Of a stretch of DNA of 64,000 nt, positions 55,841 to 63,226 are shown in pieces. The notes beneath the pieces were generated by a model that did not search any database, was not told the DNA's origin, and saw only the letters and a program-made list of their open reading frames with translations. The stretch is from an uncultured Alphaproteobacteria bacterium (GTDB lineage: Bacteria; Pseudomonadota; Alphaproteobacteria; HIMB59; GCA-002718135): positions 10,899-74,898 of the forward strand of contig CACLJX010000001.1 of the NCBI GenBank assembly GCA_902607435.1, written 5' to 3'. Each line of letters opens with the position of its first letter. Position 1 is the first letter of the stretch. The translations under genes were made by a program, and so were the position numbers.

Positions 55841-56479
55841 ATGACCGTTGCTTATTCATATCTACTTTTTATTGTTTTAGGGATTTTCTTATTTTGTTAT
55901 TTTATTGCAACAAGAGTTTGGATCAAAGTTGATGAAAAGAATAAGAAATTAGATCCTGACAAAGGTAGTAAAAATAGAAGAGATTTTCTTTATCTTTCTT
56001 CAATAACTGTTGGCGGAGTAGGAGTTGCTGCATTTATGTGGCCTTTTTTAAAAAGTATGAATCCTGCTGAAGACACTTTAGCACTTGGAACAACCGAAGT
56101 AGATCTATCTAATATTTCAATTGGTCAAAGCATAACTGTTAAATGGCGAGGAAGACCGGTATTTATTCGTAGAAGAACACAAGAGGAAATTACAGAAGCT
56201 AACAGTGTGGAAGTTGCATCTTTAAGAGATCCCATGGAAGATAAAGATAGAGTTCAACAAGAAGAATGGCTAGTTATGGAAGGTGTTTGTACTCATTTAG
56301 GATGTGTTCCACTAGGACAAAAAATGTCGGATACAAAAGGTGAATATAATGGTTGGTTTTGCCCTTGTCATGGATCACACTATGATACTTCAGGCCGAGT
56401 TAGAAAAGGTCCAGCCCCGGATAATTTGCCTATTCCACCTTACAAATTTATTAGTGATACAAAAATTATAATTGGATAA
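55841..56479 (+). CDS. petA: ubiquinol-cytochrome c reductase Rieske iron-sulfur subunit, with N-terminal hydrophobic extension
   Basis: Twin-arginine [28 protein letters not shown] and [14 protein letters not shown]. No petB/petC follows. Confidence 0.88.
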   Translation: MTVAYSYLLFIVLGIFLFCYFIATRVWIKVDEKNKKLDPDKGSKNRRDFLYLSSITVGGVGVAAFMWPFLKSMNPAEDTLALGTTEVDLSNISIGQSITVKWRGRPVFIRRRTQEEITEANSVEVASLRDPMEDKDRVQQEEWLVMEGVCTHLGCVPLGQKMSDTKGEYNGWFCPCHGSHYDTSGRVRKGPAPDNLPIPPYKFISDTKIIIG

Positions 56480-56488
56480 TAATAAATA

Positions 56489-56683
56489 CTAGTCTTTGTT
56501 AAATATTTTTTTTAGAATTTTGTTTGAAAAAAATAAAATTAAAAAAGATGAGACAATAATAATTAAAGCTATGCTAGCACCAGACATACCATTGTCAGTA
56601 TAGCAAACTGCACAGGCTAAACCTGGCAAAGGGACTATTACAACTAGAATAGCAATAAATAATTTGTACAATCGATTAAGCAT
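56489..56683 (-). CDS. 64-aa two-TM membrane protein with CAVC motif, translationally coupled to ctaB
   Basis: TAATG overlap with the ctaB stop (56681..56685). Two hydrophobic helices flank GLACAVCYTDNG. Confidence 0.55.
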   Translation of the reverse strand: MLNRLYKLFIAILVVIVPLPGLACAVCYTDNGMSGASIALIIIVSSFLILFFSNKILKKIFNKD

Positions 56684-57582
56684 TATATAATATTATCTAA
56701 TAGAATAGTTGTAAAAATCAAGAAAAGATAAAGAATTGAGAAGAAAAAAATTTTCTTTGCTATTTTCTTTTCTAGTTCAATGTTTCTTTCAATAAATAAT
56801 TTGTAGCACAAATATACATAATAATAACCTAATACCGAGGCACATATAAAATATACTAGACTAGAGTAACCAAAGAAAAAAGGAGTCAGAGCTACTACAA
56901 ACAGGATTAAAGAATAAATAAATATATTTATTTTAGTTGTTTTAATACCAGCAGTAATTGGTAGCATAGGAATTTTTGCATTTTTATAATCTTCTTTTTT
57001 GTACAGACTTAAAGCCCAAAAATGAGAAGGTGTCCAAAAGAAAATAATTAAGAAAAGTAAAATTGGTTCTAAAGTTATGTTACCCGTTACAATAGTCCAT
57101 CCAATAATAGGAGGGAAAGCCCCAGCCGCTCCTCCAATTACTATATTTTGGGATGTTTTTTGTTTTAACCATATTGTATATACTACTACATAAAATAAAA
57201 TTGTAATAGCTAGTAAAGTAGCGGATATAAGATTTGCAAAAAAATAAAGTGCAAGAACTGATATAACAGAAGTTAATAAACCAAAAATTAAAGCTTGTTT
57301 TTTTGTAACTTTTCCTGTTGGTATTGGTCGCAGACAAGTTCTTTCCATTAATGCATCAAGATCAGATTCGTACCACATATTTAAAGTACCAGCAGCCCCG
57401 GCACCCAAAGCTACTGCAATTAATGATAAACTTGCATTGAAAAAGCTCACTTCATGTGGTGCAATCAATAAACCTACAACACAAGTAAAAATAACGAGAG
57501 ACATTACTCGCGGCTTCATTAATTGAAACAAACTATTAAAGTAGATTAATAAATTGTGATCTTTTATATTAATGTTTTGCAA
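56683..57582 (-). CDS. ctaB: protoheme IX farnesyltransferase (heme O synthase)
   Basis: LMKPRVMSLVIFT and the UbiA-family architecture. Lies in the oxidase operon. Confidence 0.9.
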   Translation of the reverse strand: MQNINIKDHNLLIYFNSLFQLMKPRVMSLVIFTCVVGLLIAPHEVSFFNASLSLIAVALGAGAAGTLNMWYESDLDALMERTCLRPIPTGKVTKKQALIFGLLTSVISVLALYFFANLISATLLAITILFYVVVYTIWLKQKTSQNIVIGGAAGAFPPIIGWTIVTGNITLEPILLFLIIFFWTPSHFWALSLYKKEDYKNAKIPMLPITAGIKTTKINIFIYSLILFVVALTPFFFGYSSLVYFICASVLGYYYVYLCYKLFIERNIELEKKIAKKIFFFSILYLFLIFTTILLDNII

Positions 57583-57600
57583 TTTTTATTTCCAATCTGT

Positions 57601-57924
57601 TTAGCCGCCATTTATCAGGAAAAATAATTTGCGTATTAATAAAGTATAGTACGACTCATGCCACATAATGAATACAAATACTAAAATCGCAAAACAAGGA
57701 AGCAAAATAGCTGAAATAATAGGCAAGCGTTCCCACCACATATGCATAAATATGGCACAAATGAATCCAGCTTTAAGCATCATAAATAATAAGATTAAAC
57801 CCCAACGTGTATAACTTTGAAATCCATACCAATCTACCCAATATGAGAATGCACTAAATACGAAAAGAAGAATCCAAACAAAAAAATATATTTTTAGGGG
57901 ATGCTGTTGTGTTCCTTCTGCCAT
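57601..57924 (-). CDS. heme-copper oxidase subunit IV (prokaryotic CyoD/CtaF-like)
   Basis: 107 aa, three TM segments. LKAGFICAIFMHMWWE resembles the bacterial subunit IV family motif. Confidence 0.65.
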   Translation of the reverse strand: MAEGTQQHPLKIYFFVWILLFVFSAFSYWVDWYGFQSYTRWGLILLFMMLKAGFICAIFMHMWWERLPIISAILLPCFAILVFVFIMWHESYYTLLIRKLFFLINGG

Positions 57925-57933
57925 TATATTACC

Positions 57934-58644
57934 TCACCATAAATAAAAAAATGCAAAAATAAAAACCCAGACTAAATCAACAAAGTGCCAATATAATCCC
58001 ATAATTTCTACAGCTTCATAATGTGATTTTTGCGATGTGAAGAAACCTCTTCTTCCAGTATCAAAATCACCTCGCCATGCTTTTCTTGCCATAATAAATA
58101 AAAAAATAACACCTATTGTGACATGAGTTCCATGAAAACCTGTGACCATAAAAAATATTGAACCAAATTGAGGAGCTCCAAATGGATTTGCCCAAGGGCG
58201 TACGCCTTCCATGATTAATTTAGTCCACTCAAAAGCTTGCATTCCAACAAAGGAGGCACCAAAAATTGCAGTTGCAAGCATTAAAATAGCGCACATTTTA
58301 CGATTTTTTTCATACCCATATTTCACAGCAAGAGCCATTGTTCCACTACTTGTGATAAGAATAAAAGTCATGATTGCAATTAAAAGAAGGGGAACGTTAT
58401 AATCACCGATATGCAGTCCAAAAACTTCACTAGGATTAGGCCACTCAGATTTTGCAGAAAAGCGAACTGTCATGTAAGAGATTAAGAAAATACTAAATAC
58501 AAAAGTATCGCTTACAAGAAAAATCCACATCATCGCTTTACCCCAAGGAACGCCTTTAAAAGCTTTTTGATCAGAAGCCCAATCTTTTACCATCCCCTCA
58601 TTGGGAGGTACTGTTATTTGAACTGGCGTTGTAGATTCTTCCAT
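57934..58644 (-). CDS. cytochrome c oxidase subunit III family protein (CoxP-like)
   Basis: TGFHGTHVTIG and YWHFVDLVWVFIF. Confidence 0.85.
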   Translation of the reverse strand: MEESTTPVQITVPPNEGMVKDWASDQKAFKGVPWGKAMMWIFLVSDTFVFSIFLISYMTVRFSAKSEWPNPSEVFGLHIGDYNVPLLLIAIMTFILITSSGTMALAVKYGYEKNRKMCAILMLATAIFGASFVGMQAFEWTKLIMEGVRPWANPFGAPQFGSIFFMVTGFHGTHVTIGVIFLFIMARKAWRGDFDTGRRGFFTSQKSHYEAVEIMGLYWHFVDLVWVFIFAFFYLW

Positions 58645-58657
58645 GAACTTCTCCTCT

Positions 58658-59293
58658 TTATGAAAATAACATTAACCCAAATAAAACAACCCACACAGCT
58701 AATAAAAAATGCCAATAAATAGCACAGAGCTCAACAGTATGTTTTGCATCAACAACAACAATATCACTGGTTATCCAAACTTTTTTTATAGTCATGTTCC
58801 AATAAACTAATCCACCAATTAAATGCAATCCATGCAAAGCAGTAAAAACATAAAAATATGCATTAGCTGGATTTGCAGCAACATAATATCCAAGATTAAT
58901 TAATTGCAGCCAAACAAATAATTGTCCTAAAAGAAAAGCAAAAGCTAAAAATCCAATTATTAAAAGTTTTTGTTTAACTTTTGCAAACTGATTATTTTTT
59001 GCAGCAGTTTGAGCACTAATAAAAAAAGCACTACTTATAAAAAGAATCAGTGTATTAAACCATAATAAAAGTGGTTCAGGCATTTGCTGCCAATCGGCAT
59101 AAACTAATCTGTCAGAATAAGTTATAATAAACAAACTAAAGAAGATTGAGCTAACAACCATTATATAACGCAAACCTAGCTTTCCTTTGCTTAAATTTAA
59201 AGTCTCGCCGTCATGCATGTTATCAATTTTAGCTTGAGCTGGATCCCATGGCTTCTGAGTTAGAAGTTGAAATATAGTTTCTTTTTTTTTCAC
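58658..59293 (-). CDS. second, divergent subunit III family protein (CoxO-like)
   Basis: TALHGLHLIGG and YWHFLLAVWVVLF. 4-nt overlap with subunit I. Confidence 0.8.
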   Translation of the reverse strand: MKKKETIFQLLTQKPWDPAQAKIDNMHDGETLNLSKGKLGLRYIMVVSSIFFSLFIITYSDRLVYADWQQMPEPLLLWFNTLILFISSAFFISAQTAAKNNQFAKVKQKLLIIGFLAFAFLLGQLFVWLQLINLGYYVAANPANAYFYVFTALHGLHLIGGLVYWNMTIKKVWITSDIVVVDAKHTVELCAIYWHFLLAVWVVLFGLMLFS

Positions 59294-61086
59294 GTAGCTT
59301 CCGCTTTAGCTTCAGGAATTTGATCTGGAGCAATATCTTGAGGAATAAAATCTTCCTTTGCTCCTGGGACATTAAAATCATAAGCCCAACGGTAAACAAC
59401 AGGTAGTTCTTTACCAAAATTACCATGCCCTGCTGGAACCTCTGGAGTGCGCCATTCTAAAGAACATGCTTTCCATGGATTTTTCCCTGCCTTTTTACCA
59501 AATTTGGCACTTGTAATAATGTTATATAAAAATAATATTTGTGTAAAACCAACAATCAAAGCAACAATTGTTATAAATTGGTTAAGATAATTCGTTGAAA
59601 CTGCCATATATTCACTATCATACATTTCAAAATATCTTCGCGGTACGCCAACAAAACCTAAATAATGCATAGGAAAGTAAATTGCATAAGAACCTAAAAA
59701 AGATATCCAGAAGTGAATTTTACCCATACCTTCATGTAAAAAACGTCCAGTGATAAGAGGGAACCAATGATAAATAGCTCCAAAGACAACTAGAACAGGA
59801 GCAATACCCATCACCATGTGGAAATGAGCTACAACAAAATATGTATCAGATAAAGGAACATCAACAATCACATTCCCCAAAAACAATCCTGTTATACCTC
59901 CATTAACAAATGTCACAATAAAAGCGAGTGCGAATAACATTGGAATGGTTAAGTTAATATTAGCTTTCCAGAGAGTTATAACCCAGTTGTATACTTTAAG
60001 AGCTGTTGGCACAGCAATGATTAATGTTGTTGTTGCAAAGAAATAACCAAACCAAGGATTCATCCCAGCTACATACATGTGATGCGCCCAAACAATAAAG
60101 CTTAAAGCTCCAATGATAACAATTGCCCAAACCATCATGCGGTAACCAAAAATATTTTTTCTAGCATGAATGGAAATTAAATCTGATACGATGCCAAATG
60201 CTGGGAGCGCAACAATGTATACCTCTGGATGACCAAAAAACCAAAAGAGATGTTGAAATAGAATTGGACTACCACCACTATATTCGGATTGTTCGCCAAA
60301 CTCAACTAATGCAGGCATAAAAAAACTTGTTCCTAATAAATTATCTAAAGTCATCATAATGCAAGATACTATAAGAGCTGGAAAAGCGAACAGGGCTAAA
60401 ACTGTTGCTGTAAAAATACCCCATACTGTAAGTGGTAAGCGCATTAGAGTCATGCCGCGTGTACGAGCTTGCAGAACAGTAATAACATAGTTTAATCCAC
60501 CCATTGTAAATCCAACCACAAATATGGATAACGATATAAGCATCAAAACAATTCCCAAACCATCACCACCAGGTGTTCCAGAAGTTATGGCTTGAGGAGG
60601 ATATAATGTCCAACCAGCCCCTGTAGGTCCACCAGGTACAAAAAAACTTGCAACCAAAACTAATACAGCTAATAAATAAACCCAATAACTCACCATATTT
60701 ACATAAGGAAAAACCATATCTCTTGCACCGACCATTAAAGGTATAAGATAATTCCCAAACCCTCCAAGAAATAAAGCTGTTAGTAAATAAATGACCATAA
60801 TCATGCCATGCATCGTAACAAATTGATAATATTCTGCTGCTCCAAGAAAAGGCACCAACTGAGGAAAACCAAGTTGCAAACGCATCAACCAAGACAAAAC
60901 TAGAGCAACTAATCCAATTGATATTGCAGTTATAGAGTATTGAATACCAATTATTTTTGCATCCTGACAAAATATCCAACGAGTCCAAAAACTTTTTGCA
61001 TGATATAAGTCTTGAGGAGGAACCTCTAAAGCAGGTATTACTTCACCTTTATCAACTGCAATGTCTTCATAACTATCAGCAGCCAT
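59290..61086 (-). CDS. heme-copper oxidase subunit I (A-type)
   Basis: GNYLIPLMVGARDMVFP, WFFGHPEVYI (His-Tyr and Glu of the D channel), HHMY, HFHMV. Confidence 0.92.
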   Translation of the reverse strand: MAADSYEDIAVDKGEVIPALEVPPQDLYHAKSFWTRWIFCQDAKIIGIQYSITAISIGLVALVLSWLMRLQLGFPQLVPFLGAAEYYQFVTMHGMIMVIYLLTALFLGGFGNYLIPLMVGARDMVFPYVNMVSYWVYLLAVLVLVASFFVPGGPTGAGWTLYPPQAITSGTPGGDGLGIVLMLISLSIFVVGFTMGGLNYVITVLQARTRGMTLMRLPLTVWGIFTATVLALFAFPALIVSCIMMTLDNLLGTSFFMPALVEFGEQSEYSGGSPILFQHLFWFFGHPEVYIVALPAFGIVSDLISIHARKNIFGYRMMVWAIVIIGALSFIVWAHHMYVAGMNPWFGYFFATTTLIIAVPTALKVYNWVITLWKANINLTIPMLFALAFIVTFVNGGITGLFLGNVIVDVPLSDTYFVVAHFHMVMGIAPVLVVFGAIYHWFPLITGRFLHEGMGKIHFWISFLGSYAIYFPMHYLGFVGVPRRYFEMYDSEYMAVSTNYLNQFITIVALIVGFTQILFLYNIITSAKFGKKAGKNPWKACSLEWRTPEVPAGHGNFGKELPVVYRWAYDFNVPGAKEDFIPQDIAPDQIPEAKAEAT

Positions 61087-62004
61087 TTAATTATTTCCTT
61101 TTTTATTTAAAGCCATTTGTATCAAATCAGTTTGATCAATGCTAGCCATGATTTCTTCAAATGTTATCTGTTCACTAAGCCATTCTTGATAATCTTGATT
61201 TTCATCTACTAAAACTCTACCTCTCATTGCATAATGACCTGTTCCACAATATTCCATGCAAAGAATCTCAAAATCACCCGTCCTAATAGGTGTGAACCAA
61301 TAGTATGTTACAACCCCAGGCACCATATCCATTTTAGCTCTAAATTGTGGAATATAAAAATCATGCAAAACATCAATTGAGCGAAGATTCATTTTTACAG
61401 GCTGATTTATTAATATGTGTAAATCATCCCCTTCAATTAAAACATCATCTAAGCCATTTGGATCATCAAGATTCATTCCAAAGGGATTTTCGTCGTTAAT
61501 ATTTCTGAGATCAGTTAATCCTAAGACACCATCTTCACCAGGTAATCGATAATTCCAATACCATTGTTGCGCCATTACTTCTATGTCTGCTGCTTCTTCC
61601 GGCACTGTTACAAATTTATTCCACACTATTAATCCTGGTGCAAGCAATGCACATACTCCAAGGGTTGTTAAAATAGTTAAAGTCCACTCAAGTTTTGAAT
61701 TTTCAGGTTTATAATCAGACTTTCTATCTTTATCGTATCTAAATCGCCAAACACAATAAGACATAAATAGGCACACAGCACAAAAAACAGCACCTGTAAC
61801 CCAAAAAGTTAAAATAATTGTTCCATCAATATTGCCCCAGTTAGACGCTACCTCAGTCCACCACCAGGGGGTCCAAAAATGAAAAGCGATTGAGCCTATA
61901 ATCACTAGTGCTAGAGCCATAGATACTGCCCTTCGTGGGAATGCTACTGCAATAATTATTCCAATGACAGCAAATAATAAAACTAGAGCTAGAGCAATAA
62001 TCAT
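61087..62004 (-). CDS. heme-copper oxidase subunit II with CuA site (no fused cytochrome c)
   Basis: CuA motif HDFYIP ... CMEYCGTGHYAM. N-terminal TM segments. No CxxCH anywhere. Confidence 0.9.
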   Translation of the reverse strand: MIIALALVLLFAVIGIIIAVAFPRRAVSMALALVIIGSIAFHFWTPWWWTEVASNWGNIDGTIILTFWVTGAVFCAVCLFMSYCVWRFRYDKDRKSDYKPENSKLEWTLTILTTLGVCALLAPGLIVWNKFVTVPEEAADIEVMAQQWYWNYRLPGEDGVLGLTDLRNINDENPFGMNLDDPNGLDDVLIEGDDLHILINQPVKMNLRSIDVLHDFYIPQFRAKMDMVPGVVTYYWFTPIRTGDFEILCMEYCGTGHYAMRGRVLVDENQDYQEWLSEQITFEEIMASIDQTDLIQMALNKKGNN

Positions 62005-62193
62005 AAATTCACTTCCTATATATCATTTTTTAATCTAGCAATAGTAACTTTCTATATTTTTATTTATATAATTGTGCGACCTTTAGTCTTACTTGTCTTA
62101 TGAGATAAGTATAACAATATTCATTGAGATATTTTTTAGTTAATTTATTAAAAAGAATTGTAGGATAATAACTTAGATTTATAGGAGATTCAG

Positions 62194-62631
62194 ATGAGAT
62201 ATTTATTAATAATTTTGTTTAGTTTATTTTTATCAAAAATAGTTTTTGCAGAAGATGTAACAATAGAGATGTTGAACAAATTAGATAAACGGAGCATGGT
62301 TTATAGTACAGAAATAGTTAGAATTAATTCAGGTGATACTGTATTTTGGAAATCTACAGACAAAGGTCATAATGTGCAATTTATATCAAAAAATGGAGTT
62401 CCTGAAGGGGTTGAAAAATTTAAATCTAAGATTGGAAAAGATACAGAATTCACTTTTACTATACCTGGCATTTATGCATATTGGTGTGTTCCACATAAAA
62501 CAATGGGCATGATTGGTTTTGTTATAGTTGATGGAGATGTATCAAATTTAGATTCAATAAAAAAAGTTAAATTTCTTGGCAAGTCAAAAAAAATAGCTCA
62601 AACATTAATTACAGAAATTGAAGGATTATAA
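62194..62631 (+). CDS. pseudoazurin (type 1 blue copper protein)
   Basis: Signal peptide. Ligand motifs DKGHNV and YWCVPHKTMGMIG. Confidence 0.85.
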   Translation: MRYLLIILFSLFLSKIVFAEDVTIEMLNKLDKRSMVYSTEIVRINSGDTVFWKSTDKGHNVQFISKNGVPEGVEKFKSKIGKDTEFTFTIPGIYAYWCVPHKTMGMIGFVIVDGDVSNLDSIKKVKFLGKSKKIAQTLITEIEGL

Positions 62632-62642
62632 TTTGTTTTTAA

Positions 62643-63185
62643 ATGAAAATTAAAAAAAATAAATTTGTAATATTTTATGTATTTAGTATAGTTTTATTAC
62701 TTATTCTTCTTTTATTGGCCATTCCAGCATCTAAATTTTTAAGCAAAATTAATTTAGATGATAATGAATTTGTTACTGATCAAAAAATTATCAATCCCGA
62801 AGCTAAATCTCCAAAAATTATTGAAAGGTCAATGCAAATAAAATTTTTTGCAGAAGTAGATGATTTATTAAATTGGGATTTTCAAGCTTTGCAAGAAAAT
62901 ATTAATATTAAAATTGGTGAAAATAGTGTGATCAGTTTTGAGGGTAAAAATTTATCTGACAAAACGATTACATCAACAGCTAATTTTATTGCTTCACCTG
63001 AATTAATTTTACCCTATTTGATAAAAGTAGAGTGCTTTTGTTTCACTGAACAAACGTTAAATCCTGGGGAAAGTAAAATATTTACCATGGTTTTTTTTCT
63101 TGATCCCTCATTGGATTCTGACAGTAATTTTGATAATTTAAAAGATCTTGTATTCACATATCGATTTTCAGAATATAAAAGTTAA
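62643..63185 (+). CDS. ctaG: cytochrome c oxidase copper-insertion assembly protein CtaG/Cox11
   Basis: N-terminal TM segment and the VECFCFTEQ copper-binding motif. Confidence 0.88.
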   Translation: MKIKKNKFVIFYVFSIVLLLILLLLAIPASKFLSKINLDDNEFVTDQKIINPEAKSPKIIERSMQIKFFAEVDDLLNWDFQALQENINIKIGENSVISFEGKNLSDKTITSTANFIASPELILPYLIKVECFCFTEQTLNPGESKIFTMVFFLDPSLDSDSNFDNLKDLVFTYRFSEYKS

Positions 63186-63226
63186 TTTTTATTAATATTG
63201 ATTTATATACTTTATATAGAATAGAC

